Below are positions 36,352 through 47,285 of a stretch of DNA of 47,285 bases, piece by piece. The notes beneath the pieces are model-generated. The model saw nothing but the letters and a program-made list of their open reading frames with translations. It did not search any database and was not told the DNA's origin. Source of the DNA: Anaerolineae bacterium (GTDB taxonomy: Bacteria > Chloroflexota > Anaerolineae > JADYZS01); NCBI GenBank assembly GCA_034434975.1, contig DAOTYP010000156.1:1-47285 (forward strand). The letters are read 5' to 3'. Both the position numbers and the translations under genes were made by a program. How positions within the stretch are numbered: position 1 is the first letter of the stretch; every line of letters begins with the position of its first letter.

Positions 36352-38682
36352 TTACCTCGTCAGCCAGCGCCATCCCCCGCGCAGGTACCACGTCCAAACC
36401 CCGGCGCCGGTCAGGAGCGCGGCGGCAACCTGGATCGCCTCGCGCAAGGCGAAGTTTCCCGGCTCCAAGATCATCTCTAAGGCGGCCCCGGCAAAGAACC
36501 CGATGAGCGCTCCCACCGGCATGGCGACGAACGCGAACATGATGCCCAAGGCCTTGTCCTCCCAGCCAAGCACGGGTTCCTCGCCGGCCCCTTCCCTCTC
36601 CCATTGCGCCTTGCGCGCCGAGGCCTGCGGAACGCGGTAAGGGATGCTAATCACGACCGTGTTGGGGCGATTGAACAATGCCTCTTTCAGTTGCTTGGCC
36701 GTCTGGTTGTGGAGAAACCTTTCCCAGGCATGGTCGGGGACGATCTCCGGTATGACCACGGTCACCGGCAGGCCCAAGGTCTGCTGATCAATGGCGTCCA
36801 CGTAGGCCAGGATCGGGCCGAGGAACGAACGATAGGGCGATTCCAGGATCACCAGGGGCACGTCCGGTATTTGCTCCTCCCATTCCGCGCGCAGCCGCTT
36901 TCCGGCCTCCAGGTCGTCGGTCACGTGCACGGCCGTCACATGGCGCGAGATGGAGCGGGCGTAGTTCAAAGAGCGCAGGACGGCCTTATTGATGCCCGGC
37001 ACCGGGATGAGCACCGGCTGCTCCAACGGGCGCGCGGGCGCGGCCATCAGCGGATCGTGCGACGTCGGCTTCAGGGCCTGAGCCAGGTAGCGGTAGTGTC
37101 GCTCGATCTGGGTGAACAAAAAGACGAGGCTAGGGATCAGAAAGATGACCATCCAGGCGCCGTGCCGGAACTTCATGGTGGCCACGATGATCAGCACGAC
37201 GCCGGTCGCGAGCGCGCCGATCAGGTTGATGACCAGGCTGCGCCGCCAGCCCGGCTCGCGCAGCCGCCACCAGCGAGCGACCATGCCCGACTGGGAGATG
37301 GTGAAGGACAGGAAGACGCCGACCGCGTACAGGGGGATCAAGGCATGGGTCTCGCCGCGGAAGGCGATGAGGAGCAAGATGGCGACGCTGCCCAGCATGA
37401 CGATGCCGGTGGAGAAGGCCAGGCGGTCGCCCCGGTAGGTGAACTGACGGGGAAGGAAACCGTCGCGGGCCAGGAAGTAGGCCAGGCGCGGGAAGTCGGC
37501 GAAACTGGTGTTGGCCGCGAGGACTAAGATGAGCGCGGTAGCAGCCTGGATGAGGTAGTAGAACCCAGATTGACCAAAGACGGCGCGGGCCACCTGTGAG
37601 ACGACCGTCTCGTGGCCCACGGGCGCGATGCCGTAGCGGTGCGCCAGGACGGAGAGGCCGACGAAGAAACTCCCCAGGATCGCCGCCATCCAAACGAGGG
37701 TGGTGGCCGCGTTCTTGGCTTCCGGCGGCTTGAAGGCGGGGACGCCGTCGGCGATGGCTTCCACGCCGCTCAAAGCCACCGCGCCGCCGGCGAAAGCCCT
37801 TAGGATCAACAACAAGGTAACGTCCTGCAAGGTGGCTGCGGACAAGGTGGGGGGCATGGCCGGCGCCGCGCCGAGCACGAGGCTCTTGAACAGGCCGACG
37901 ACGATCATCGTCGCGAAACTAAAGATGAAGAGGTAAGTCGGCACGGCGAAGATGTTGCCCGACTCGCGGATGCCGCGCAGGTTCGCCAACACCATGAAGG
38001 TGATGGCCGCCACGCCGAGGGGCACGCGGTAAGGATAGAGGGCCGGAAAGGCAGAGGTGACCGCGGCCACCCCCGCCGAGATGGAGACGGCCACCGTCAA
38101 GATGTAGTCGGTCAGGAGGGCCGCGCCGGCGACCAACGCGGGGCCCGTGCCCAGGTTGTCCTTGGCCACGATGTAGGAGCCGCCGCCCTTAGGGTAAGCG
38201 CGCACCGTCTGGCGGTAGGAGAAGGCCACCACCGCCAGGAGCAAGGCGATGGCCAGGCTGATGGGCACCGAGAGGGTGAGGGCCGCGGCGCCGGCGGCGA
38301 TCAGTTGCCAGAGGATCTCCTCCGTCGCGTAGGCCGAGGAGGAGAGCGCGTCGGACGAGAAGACCGCCAGCGCCTTCACCTTCGTCAGGCGCTCGTGGAT
38401 CTCCTCGGCCGTGGTCAAGGGAGGGCCGATGAGGATGCGTTTCGCGCGCATCCACAGGCGCGCCAGGGTATCGCGGGGCGTCAGGACGCGCTCGGTAGCG
38501 AGGAGTTGCCCTGGGCCGACGCGACGAAAGTAGCGGGCATAAGGCCGGGCGATGCGAATGTGGCGTTCGCCGGTGCCGGGCCGCACATGCTCGCTGCGCC
38601 ATTCCAGTTCGGGGTGGATGCTCCCGTCCTCGGGCCTTTCAGGCTCATCAGGGATGGGGGTCTGCTCGTCAAGTCTTTCCAT
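36352..38682 (-). CDS. APC-superfamily amino acid permease with long cytoplasmic C-terminal domain and extra C-terminal TM hairpin
   Basis: 776 aa. The N-terminal cytoplasmic arm is followed by an approximately 12-TM APC core (SSDALSSSAYATEE, GGGSYIVAKDNLG). Next is a soluble domain of about 170 aa (PVLIPVPGINKAVLRSLNYARSISRHVTAVHVTDD, USP-like). It ends with two further hydrophobic segments. Confidence 0.75.
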   Translation of the reverse strand: MERLDEQTPIPDEPERPEDGSIHPELEWRSEHVRPGTGERHIRIARPYARYFRRVGPGQLLATERVLTPRDTLARLWMRAKRILIGPPLTTAEEIHERLTKVKALAVFSSDALSSSAYATEEILWQLIAAGAAALTLSVPISLAIALLLAVVAFSYRQTVRAYPKGGGSYIVAKDNLGTGPALVAGAALLTDYILTVAVSISAGVAAVTSAFPALYPYRVPLGVAAITFMVLANLRGIRESGNIFAVPTYLFIFSFATMIVVGLFKSLVLGAAPAMPPTLSAATLQDVTLLLILRAFAGGAVALSGVEAIADGVPAFKPPEAKNAATTLVWMAAILGSFFVGLSVLAHRYGIAPVGHETVVSQVARAVFGQSGFYYLIQAATALILVLAANTSFADFPRLAYFLARDGFLPRQFTYRGDRLAFSTGIVMLGSVAILLLIAFRGETHALIPLYAVGVFLSFTISQSGMVARWWRLREPGWRRSLVINLIGALATGVVLIIVATMKFRHGAWMVIFLIPSLVFLFTQIERHYRYLAQALKPTSHDPLMAAPARPLEQPVLIPVPGINKAVLRSLNYARSISRHVTAVHVTDDLEAGKRLRAEWEEQIPDVPLVILESPYRSFLGPILAYVDAIDQQTLGLPVTVVIPEIVPDHAWERFLHNQTAKQLKEALFNRPNTVVISIPYRVPQASARKAQWEREGAGEEPVLGWEDKALGIMFAFVAMPVGALIGFFAGAALEMILEPGNFALREAIQVAAALLTGAGVWTWYLRGGWRWLTR

Positions 38683-38721
38683 AGATAAAGAAAGCCGAGT
38701 TGGCCTTCACCGGGCCGCTGG

Positions 38722-38943
38722 TCAGGCCGGCGGCGGCACCGGCAACGCCTCCTCCGCCGTCTGCACCCATTTATCCCCTTCGTCAATCAGCATGACGGGG
38801 ATGTCGTCGCGGATGGGGTACTTGCGCCGGCAATCGCGGCACACCAGCCACGCCCCCTTGACCAGCGTCAGCAACCCTGCCTGCGGCCCGTTCCGCACGC
38901 AGGCAGGGCAGCGAAGGATGTCCAGCAAATCCTGGCTGACCAT
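38722..38943 (-). CDS. Trm112/UPF0434 family zinc-ribbon protein
   Basis: 73 aa. [10 protein letters not shown]...[23 protein letters not shown] is the canonical Trm112p-like pattern. RBS is AAGGAGG. Confidence 0.8.
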   Translation of the reverse strand: MVSQDLLDILRCPACVRNGPQAGLLTLVKGAWLVCRDCRRKYPIRDDIPVMLIDEGDKWVQTAEEALPVPPPA

Positions 38944-38975
38944 CGGCCCTCCTTAATCTTTGTCAGGTGCCCTTT

Positions 38976-39011
38976 AAGAGAACAAGCGACAGGTCAGGTC
39001 TTGCCTGTCGC
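38976..39011 (-). terminator. terminator-like hairpin downstream of metK
   Basis: On the minus strand: GCGACAGG (39011-39004), 10-nt loop, CCTGTCGC (38993-38986), followed by TTGTTCTCTT. Confidence 0.5.
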
Positions 39012-39083
39012 CTGCCACTTGTCAGACATAGTATAGCACGAATCGGTCCGGCCTTCAACCGGGGTGGCCCCCGCCGTTCCCTC

Positions 39084-40301
39084 CTAGGCGAGGCCCGCCT
39101 CGCGGCGCAGGGTCTCGGCCTTGTCCAGCCGCTCCCAGGGCGCGTCAATGTCGTCGCGCCCGAAGTGGCCGTAGGCCGCGGTCGCCTTGTAGATGGGGCG
39201 CCGCAGGTCCAGGTCGCGGATGATCGCCGCCGGGCGCATGTCAAAGTGCTTCCTGATCAATTGGATGATGGTCTCGTCGGGCACCCTGCCCGTGCCGAAG
39301 GTCTCCACCATCAGGGAAAGGGGCCTGGCCACGCCGATGGCGTAGGAGATTTGCAGTTCCAGCCGATCGGCCAGGCCCGCGGCGACGAGGTTCTTGGCGA
39401 TGTAGCGCGCCATGTAGGAGCCGGAGCGGTCCACCTTGGTCGGGTCCTTGCCGGAGAAGGAGCCACCGCCGTGCCGCGCCACGCCGCCGTAGGTATCTAC
39501 GATGATCTTGCGTCCCGTCAGCCCCGAATCGCCCATCGGGCCACCGGTGACGAAGCGCCCTGTGGGGTTGATGTACAGTTTCACGTGGTCATCCAGCAGG
39601 CCGGCGGGGATGACCGGCTTGATGACGTGGGTATAGATGTCGTGCTCTATCTGGTGATGCTCCACATCGGGCGCGTGTTGGCACGAAAGGACGATCGTAT
39701 CCACCCGCTTCGGCTTGCCGTACTCGTACTCTACCGTGACCTGCGATTTGCCGTCAGGCCGCAACCAAGGGAGGGTGCCGTCCTTGCGCACGCCGGCCAG
39801 GCGTCGGCACAGTTTGTGGGCCAGGGAGATGGGGAGGGGCATGTACTCGGGCGTCTCCGTGCAGGCGAAGCCGATCATCATCCCCTGGTCGCCGGCGCCG
39901 ATGGCCTCAATGTCCGCGTCGCTCATCTCGCCCCGTTTGGCTTCCAACGCCTTATCCACCCCCAGCGCGATGTCGGCCGATTGCTCCTTGATGGAGACGA
40001 TGACGCCGCAGGTGTCGGCATCAAAGCCGTACTTGGCGCGGGTGTAGCCGATCTCCCGCACCGTGTTCCGCACCACGGTAGGGATATCCACGTAGGTAGA
40101 GGTGGTGATCTCGCCCATGACGAGGATGAGGCCCGTCGTGGCGGAGACCTCGCAGGCCACGCGCGCATCGGGATCGTCCTTGATGATCGCGTCCAAGATC
40201 GCGTCGGCGATCTGGTCGCACATCTTGTCGGGGTGGCCTTCCGTCACCGACTCGGAGGTGAGGAACACCTGGGGCGAGGTCATGAAGGTCGTACCGTTCA
40301 T
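39084..40301 (-). CDS. metK: S-adenosylmethionine synthase
   Basis: [55 protein letters not shown]. Start is ATG 40301 (alternative 40283). The track's longer N-terminus is unsupported. Confidence 0.97.
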   Translation of the reverse strand: MNGTTFMTSPQVFLTSESVTEGHPDKMCDQIADAILDAIIKDDPDARVACEVSATTGLILVMGEITTSTYVDIPTVVRNTVREIGYTRAKYGFDADTCGVIVSIKEQSADIALGVDKALEAKRGEMSDADIEAIGAGDQGMMIGFACTETPEYMPLPISLAHKLCRRLAGVRKDGTLPWLRPDGKSQVTVEYEYGKPKRVDTIVLSCQHAPDVEHHQIEHDIYTHVIKPVIPAGLLDDHVKLYINPTGRFVTGGPMGDSGLTGRKIIVDTYGGVARHGGGSFSGKDPTKVDRSGSYMARYIAKNLVAAGLADRLELQISYAIGVARPLSLMVETFGTGRVPDETIIQLIRKHFDMRPAAIIRDLDLRRPIYKATAAYGHFGRDDIDAPWERLDKAETLRREAGLA

Positions 40302-40345
40302 AGGTAGGCGTGTCTCCTTTCCACTTGGTTGCGCCGGCGCATGCC

Positions 40346-42603
<2,258 letters not shown>

Positions 42604-42658
42604 GCGGAAACCTCCTGCAAGCGTTTCTCTCCGCTCGGGCTCATGAGGGCGGCGGCCT

Positions 42659-43732
42659 TCACCGCGAGCCTCCTGACGGGGAGGGCCGACGCGCCTCCGC
42701 GGCCTCCTTCACCCGCCGCAGGTTCTCCCGGAAAGGCGGGTACACGATCCCTTCCTCGGTGATGATGCCGGTTAGGTAGCGATGGGGCGTCACGTCAAAG
42801 GCGGGGTTGTAGACCGGCACCTGCTCCGGCGCGATGCGCACGCCCTCTATCGTGGTGACCTCCTCTGCCGGGCGCTCCTCAATGGGGATGCCGTCGCCCG
42901 TGGGGAGGCTCAGGTCAATGGTAGAGGTGGGGACGACGGAGTAGCAAGGGATGCCGTGCTCCTTGGCCAACACGGCGAGGTTGTAACTGCCGATCTTGTT
43001 CGCCACGTCGCCGTTGGCCGCCACGCGGTCTGCGCCGAAGAGGACCACGTCCACCAGGCCGGCGCGCATAAGGTGTCCTGCGGCGGTGTCGGCCACCAGT
43101 GTCATCGGGATCTCCTCGCGCAGCAGTTCCCAGGCCGTCAGGCGCGCGCCTTGGAGCCGCGGGCGCGTCTCATCCACCCAGACGTGGATACGCTTTCCCG
43201 CCTCGCGCGCCGCGCGCACGACCCCCAAGGCCGTGCCGTATTCCACCGTCGCCAGGCTCCCCGTGTTGCAGTGATGGAGGATGCGCGCCCCGTCGGGGAT
43301 GACCGTCGCGCCGATGCGCCCCATGCGTCGGTTGACCTCCACATCCTCGTCGGCAAGGGCCTGTGCCTCGGCCAGGAGCGCGGCGCGCAAGGCCTCCGGC
43401 GTGGTCAAGGTCGGGTCTTGTGCGCGGCGTAGAAGCCTCTCCACGCCCCAGGCCAGGTTGACCGCGGTGGGTCGCGCCGCCTTCAGCACCTCGCCCGCGT
43501 GGGCCAGGTCGGCCAGCAGGTCCGCACGCGTGGCGGCCCGGCTCTGGCGCGCGGCGAGGACCATGCCAAAGGCAGCGGCCACGCCGATGGCCGGCGCGCC
43601 GCGCACGACCATCTCTTTGATGGCCCAGGCTACTTCCTGATAGGTGGTGTATGTGGGGACCTCCAGCCGGCCGGGGAGGAGCCGCTGGTCAATCATCCTG
43701 ACGGAGCCATCTTCCCACCAAATCGTCCGCAT
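42659..43732 (-). CDS. mtnA: S-methyl-5-thioribose-1-phosphate isomerase
   Basis: ATG at 43732 gives [25 protein letters not shown]...[16 protein letters not shown]. Also [10 protein letters not shown] and [18 protein letters not shown]. Confidence 0.9.
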   Translation of the reverse strand: MRTIWWEDGSVRMIDQRLLPGRLEVPTYTTYQEVAWAIKEMVVRGAPAIGVAAAFGMVLAARQSRAATRADLLADLAHAGEVLKAARPTAVNLAWGVERLLRRAQDPTLTTPEALRAALLAEAQALADEDVEVNRRMGRIGATVIPDGARILHHCNTGSLATVEYGTALGVVRAAREAGKRIHVWVDETRPRLQGARLTAWELLREEIPMTLVADTAAGHLMRAGLVDVVLFGADRVAANGDVANKIGSYNLAVLAKEHGIPCYSVVPTSTIDLSLPTGDGIPIEERPAEEVTTIEGVRIAPEQVPVYNPAFDVTPHRYLTGIITEEGIVYPPFRENLRRVKEAAEARRPSPSGGSR

Positions 43733-43752
43733 CCGCCTCCCTATCCCTGACA

Positions 43753-43972
43753 CAAAAACGCCCTCCAAGAGGAGAGCGCATCCATCAGGGCCTCCTCTCA
43801 TCTTTCAGACGCTACGGCGCCGGACATGCGCCGCCGCCTGCCGGAATTGGCACCAACCTCGCGGCTCGCCGAACGGCGGGCGTTGCAGCCTCATTGCCAT
43901 CAGTCCTAATCCGCGAAGCGGTTGCCGGGGGTTCTCAGGGCCGGTCCCTCCCCCCCTCTGGATAAGAGTGCC
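43753..43972 (-). promoter_or_regulatory. SAM-I (S-box) riboswitch with intrinsic-terminator expression platform
   Basis: The minus-strand RNA reads CUCUUAUCCAGAGGGGGGGAGGGACCGGCCCUGAGAACCCCCGGCAACC...GGUGCCAAUUCCGGCAG...CUGAAAGAUGAGAG. This matches the SAM-I core (CUUAUC-AGAG-GG-GGAGGGAC-GGCCC-GA-ACCC-GGCAACC ... GGUGCCAAUUCC-GCAG ... GAAAGAUGAG). The P1 strands are at 43968-43961 and 43802-43795. Downstream lies the terminator GCGCUCUCC-UCUU-GGAGGGCGUUUUUGUG (43779-43753). GAGGAG, just 3' of P1, can pair with CUCCUC of the terminator arm as an anti-terminator. Confidence 0.95.
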
Positions 43973-43996
43973 TCATCCCGATTCAGTTGTGGCGCA

Positions 43997-44025
43997 ATAG
44001 TAGCACAGGCCCGCGAATTTGTCAA
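43997..44025 (-). promoter_or_regulatory. sigma-70-type promoter of the SAM-riboswitch operon
   Basis: On the minus strand: TTGACA (44025-44020), 17 nt, TACTAT (44002-43997), preceded by TGc. The predicted TSS is about 20 nt upstream of the riboswitch P1. Confidence 0.65.
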
Positions 44026-44160
44026 AGGTCTCACCTGCGGATGGTTTGTCAGGCCTGCGCGATAGGACGCGACCCCTTCTCTCGCCCGCGGTTCTGTGCT
44101 AGAATATCTCCATCGGCCTTGGATGCCGGCCTCTGTCATCAACCACGCTAGGAGGTTCTC

Positions 44161-44649
44161 ATGGACATGGAGTTGAAGCTTGTCCCCATCACCAAGCCGG
44201 CCGAGATCAACCTGATCTTAGGGCAGAGCCACTTCATCAAGACCGTTGAGGATATTTATGAGGCCATCGTGGGCGTCGTGCCGGGGGCCAAATTCGGCCT
44301 CGCCTTCTGCGAATCGTCGGGGCCGGCCCTGGTGCGCGCGGCGGGGACGGACGATGAACTGATCGCGCTAGCCAAGGAGAACGCGTTGGCCCTCTCGGCA
44401 GGCCACTGTTTCATCGTCTTCCTGCGCAACCTCTACCCGATCAACGTGCTCAACGCCATCAAGATGGTGCCGGAGGTCTGCCGCATCTTCTGCGCCAGCG
44501 CGAATCCGGTGCAGGTCATCCTCGCGGAGACGGAGCAAGGGCGCGGCATCTTGGGGGTCATTGACGGCGTAAAAACCAAGGGGGTAGAAAGCGAGGAGGA
44601 CATCGCCTGGCGCAAGAACTTCCTGCGCAAGATCGGCTACAAGTTCTAG
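44161..44649 (+). CDS. PF04008-type 'adenosine-specific kinase' family protein
   Basis: AGGAGG RBS. ILGQSHFIKTVEDIYEAIV, KFGLAFCESSGPALVR, AGHCFIVFLRNLYPINVLNAIKMVPEV, AETEQGRGILGVIDG. From memory, this matches the approximately 160-aa, mostly archaeal, PF04008 family. Confidence 0.7.
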   Translation: MDMELKLVPITKPAEINLILGQSHFIKTVEDIYEAIVGVVPGAKFGLAFCESSGPALVRAAGTDDELIALAKENALALSAGHCFIVFLRNLYPINVLNAIKMVPEVCRIFCASANPVQVILAETEQGRGILGVIDGVKTKGVESEEDIAWRKNFLRKIGYKF

Positions 44650-44811
44650 GCCGGCCATCCCGGCGGGCGCATGCAGGAGGCAAGGAGGCGGATCGGGAGG
44701 CCCGGCGCGGGCCCCCCGATGGCAGCGTTGGGCCTGCACTTCTTATAGCAGATATGGTGTATATTTCACGTTATCTTGCGCGTTTCCGGGGGCTTTTGGG
44801 GGTATACAACG

Positions 44812-45567
44812 ATGCCGATTGAGCCGATAACATTAAATAGCAACGGCGTGCACCTGGCTGCGGAAGTGCACTGGCCGGAGGGCGGTGGGGAAGCCCCTTG
44901 GCCGGCGGTGATCGTTTGCCATGGCCTGGGAAGCCGCAAGGAGAACCACGCCCCCTTTGCCGCTTACCTGGCCAGGGAGGGTTTCGTCGGCCTTCTCTTG
45001 GATGGGCGGGGCCACGGAGCCAGCGAGGGCTCTTTGGATGAAAACGTGTTGGATGACGTCGGCGCGGCCCTGTCGTACCTGCAGTCTCGCCGCGAGGTGG
45101 ACGCGACGCGCATCGCCGTTCGCGGCTCCAGCATGGGCGGTTACCTGGCCCTCTGGGCGGGGGCCATGTACCCGGCCCTGGGCGCGGTCGTCGCCATCTG
45201 CCCGGCCAGCGGCGAGATGTTGGCACACGCCCTCGGCAGCCGGGATTTCTGGCTCAGCGCGGGCCGGATGGGAGGGCCCCGCGCGCGGGTCGCCCTGCCC
45301 GATTTTCACCATTTCCTGGCCGCGCACGATGCCGCCGAGGCTGCGGCGCGGCTCGCGCCTCGCCCCCTCTTCCTGATCCACGGCCTGCGCGACGAGGTCG
45401 TTCCTTACCAGCATAGCGAGGCGCTCTACGCCCTGGCGGGCGAGCCGAAACGCCTATGGCTGTTGCCGGCGGCCACCCACCGCGACGCCCAGCAAGACCC
45501 TGCGGTGCATGCCGAGACGGTGCGCTGGCTGCGCCGGGCGATGCCGGGGAGAGGGCCAGGAGCGTAG
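44812..45567 (+). CDS. alpha/beta hydrolase (dienelactone hydrolase/S9-like)
   Basis: ATG at 44812. Nucleophile elbow GSSMGG. HGLGSRKENH. The C-terminal HGLRDEVVP and ATHRD are plausible Asp and His triad members. Confidence 0.8.
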   Translation: MPIEPITLNSNGVHLAAEVHWPEGGGEAPWPAVIVCHGLGSRKENHAPFAAYLAREGFVGLLLDGRGHGASEGSLDENVLDDVGAALSYLQSRREVDATRIAVRGSSMGGYLALWAGAMYPALGAVVAICPASGEMLAHALGSRDFWLSAGRMGGPRARVALPDFHHFLAAHDAAEAAARLAPRPLFLIHGLRDEVVPYQHSEALYALAGEPKRLWLLPAATHRDAQQDPAVHAETVRWLRRAMPGRGPGA

Positions 45568-45573
45568 GATCAG

Positions 45574-46086
45574 ATGGGAAGGGAAGAGCAAGGCATCGCC
45601 GGAGGCGGCAGGCGGTACGTGGCCATCCCGCGCACGCTCAGTTTCGTCTTGCACGGAGACGACGTGTTGCTGCTGCGCGGCGCGCCCGACAAGCGCCTGT
45701 GGCCGAACCGCTACAACGGCGTCGGCGGCCACGTGGAACGCGGCGAGGACATCTTGAGCGCGGCCTTGCGGGAGATACGCGAGGAAACGGGGCTGCAAGT
45801 CCGGCGGGCGCGCTTGTGCGCCGTAGTGCACATAGATGCCGGCGACCGGGAGGCGGGGGTTCTCCTCTTCGTCTTCATGGCCGAGGCCGAAGGCCGCGAG
45901 ACCATCGCCAGCCGGGAGGGCGCCTTGGAGTGGGTGCCGCGAGCGCAGGTGTTGGAGAAGGACTTGGTGAGCGACCTGCGGGTCTTGTGGCCGCGGGTGC
46001 TCTCGTTGCCCGATGGCGCCCCTCCCCTCTTCGCCTGGTACGGCTACGACGAGAACGACGCCCTGGTGATCCGGTTTGCAGGGTAG
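45574..46086 (+). CDS. NUDIX hydrolase
   Basis: The Nudix box GGHVERGEDILSAALREIREETGL matches Gx5Ex7REUxEExGU. Lies 6 nt after the hydrolase stop. Confidence 0.85.
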   Translation: MGREEQGIAGGGRRYVAIPRTLSFVLHGDDVLLLRGAPDKRLWPNRYNGVGGHVERGEDILSAALREIREETGLQVRRARLCAVVHIDAGDREAGVLLFVFMAEAEGRETIASREGALEWVPRAQVLEKDLVSDLRVLWPRVLSLPDGAPPLFAWYGYDENDALVIRFAG

Positions 46087-46167
46087 GGCTACGGTTTTAC
46101 GCGCTGCCGTTTCTTCCCTTGCCGGGGACAGTAGCGTCGTTGCAAGCCATCATCTACGAGGTGCTTC

Positions 46168-47244
46168 ATGGCCGATGTCAGGGGCCTGGACAGCGGCAGC
46201 GAACCTTGGCGGGTGCAGCAGGTCATGCCCGCCACGCTGGGAGAGTTGCTCAAGAGCACGGATCAAGAGATCGTCAGCGGCGCCCCAGGGGGGCTGAGGC
46301 CCATCCCTACCGGCTTCAATCCGTTGGACGGTATCTTGGGAGGAGGAGTATCCCGCGGCGACATGGTGATCATCGGCGGGCCGCAGGGGGTCGGCAAGAC
46401 CATCTTCAGCCTGCAAGTTGCCCGCAACATGGCGGCGGACGCGCGTTACCCCACCCTCTACATCTGCTACGAGCACAGCCGGAAGCACCTCATGAGCCGT
46501 CTCCTCTGCTTGGAAGCGGGGATGCGCGCGGGGCAGACGGCGCCTGCCCTGCTGAAATTAAACGAGCTGATGGTCGCCGTCGCGCAACACAACCAACATG
46601 CCAACGGGGGGCCGCGCCTGGCCTTTCGCGAGGCGTTGCGCAAGGACCCGCAATGGGCCCCGGCGCTGGCCGCCCTGGAGAGCTACGCCGACCGCCTGTA
46701 TCTGGTCAAAGCCAGTTCCGTTACGACCACGTTGGGCGTGTTGCGCCGCTTGGCCGAAGAGGTGATGCAGCGCAGCGGCAGCTCCATCGCCCTCTTCGTG
46801 GACTACCTGCAGAAGGTGTCCATTGACCCCCTCAGCGTGCAAAACGAGGCCGAGAAGACGACGATCCTCTCAGAAGGGCTGAAAGACATCGCGATGACCT
46901 TGGAGATACCGGTCATCGTGCTGGCCGCCGCCGACCGCGAAGGCCTCAAGGCCACGCGCATGCGCCTCCACGACCTGCGCGGCAGTTCGGCCATCCAATA
47001 CGAGAGCGATGTGGTGATCATCCTCAACAACAAATATCAGATCGTCTCCAAGAACCACATCACCTACAACCCTGCCCAGGCCCAGGCCTTCCGCAACTGG
47101 GTCGTGTTCAGCGTGGAGAAGAATCGCGGCGGCCCGGCGATGATTGACCTGGAGTTCGCCATAGACCCCATGCACTTCCGCTTCGCCACGCAGGGTGGCT
47201 ACGTCCGCGAGCAACTGATTGACCAGCGCATCGCGAGCGAGTAA
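46168..47244 (+). CDS. DnaB-like helicase C-terminal (RecA-fold) domain protein lacking the DnaB N-terminal domain
   Basis: IPTGFNPLDGILGGGVSRGDMVIIGGPQGVGKT (Walker A, DnaB H1), LFVDYLQKV (H2/Walker B), LRGSSAIQYESDVVIIL (H4). Only about 45 residues precede the TGF..LD motif. Confidence 0.75.
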   Translation: MADVRGLDSGSEPWRVQQVMPATLGELLKSTDQEIVSGAPGGLRPIPTGFNPLDGILGGGVSRGDMVIIGGPQGVGKTIFSLQVARNMAADARYPTLYICYEHSRKHLMSRLLCLEAGMRAGQTAPALLKLNELMVAVAQHNQHANGGPRLAFREALRKDPQWAPALAALESYADRLYLVKASSVTTTLGVLRRLAEEVMQRSGSSIALFVDYLQKVSIDPLSVQNEAEKTTILSEGLKDIAMTLEIPVIVLAAADREGLKATRMRLHDLRGSSAIQYESDVVIILNNKYQIVSKNHITYNPAQAQAFRNWVVFSVEKNRGGPAMIDLEFAIDPMHFRFATQGGYVREQLIDQRIASE

Positions 47245-47285
47245 CCCGCTCGCTTTCCCCGCGCCCTGCGCACCTCCTAACCCGT

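Noticed and set aside
39030-39058. Promoter-like TTGAAG, 17 nt, TATACT (minus strand) between metK and trm112
   Set aside because: The sequence match is good. However, it lies upstream of the terminator-like hairpin (39011-38976), so transcripts from it would meet that hairpin first. I cannot decide between a real promoter with an attenuator and a chance match, so it is not listed as a feature.
38967-40307. 446-aa plus-strand ORF antisense to metK
   Set aside because: Same reasoning. metK on the minus strand is unambiguous, and the antisense product is low-complexity (R/A/G/V/D).
45456-46826. 456-aa plus-strand ORF overlapping the NUDIX and DnaB-like genes in another frame
   Set aside because: It is extremely Arg/Gly/Pro-rich. 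The alternative frames contain a perfect Nudix box and DnaB motifs.

Overview
High-GC bacterial chromosome segment, densely coded, with a mostly housekeeping backbone. The gene content (plant-type LRR protein, GldA/F/G plus DUF4340 ABC set, leaderless-looking promoters) suggests a Chloroflexota-like organism, but this is inference only. I call about 42 protein genes. They include a 5' fragment of a GH29-like fucosidase at the left edge that the ORF track misses.

Main blocks:
- A four-gene envelope operon: secreted repeat protein, GT4, LRR protein, YhhN.
- infC-rpmI-rplT, with a non-canonical ATC start for infC.
- TrmH and SAM methyltransferase genes.
- A GldA/F/G-like ABC set.
- rpoD.
- A long minus-strand array: bfr, gyrB, DUF58, DUF4129, zincin, divergent GroEL paralog, BNR propeller, gpsA, PPi-type phosphofructokinase, DUF5320.
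- A solitary N6-adenine DNA methyltransferase fused to one specificity (TRD) domain.
- glyA, folC, rnz.
- A complete SAM/methyl-cycle operon (mtnA, PfkB adenosine kinase, ahcY, metK) behind a textbook SAM-I riboswitch with a terminator-type expression platform.
- A hydrolase, NUDIX and N-terminally truncated DnaB-like ATPase group at the right edge.

I found no rRNA, tRNA, CRISPR array, or intact transposase or integrase.

Most unusual items:
- A GroEL paralog with apparent ATP-site substitutions, no GGM tail and no GroES, embedded in a MoxR-less DUF58/DUF4129/zincin/BNR array.
- The orphan M-S fusion methyltransferase.
- An unclassified structured leader in front of a Trp-rich secreted protein.
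- A 115-nt long-stem element upstream of the infC promoter.

All family assignments come from motif recognition by eye. No searches were run.
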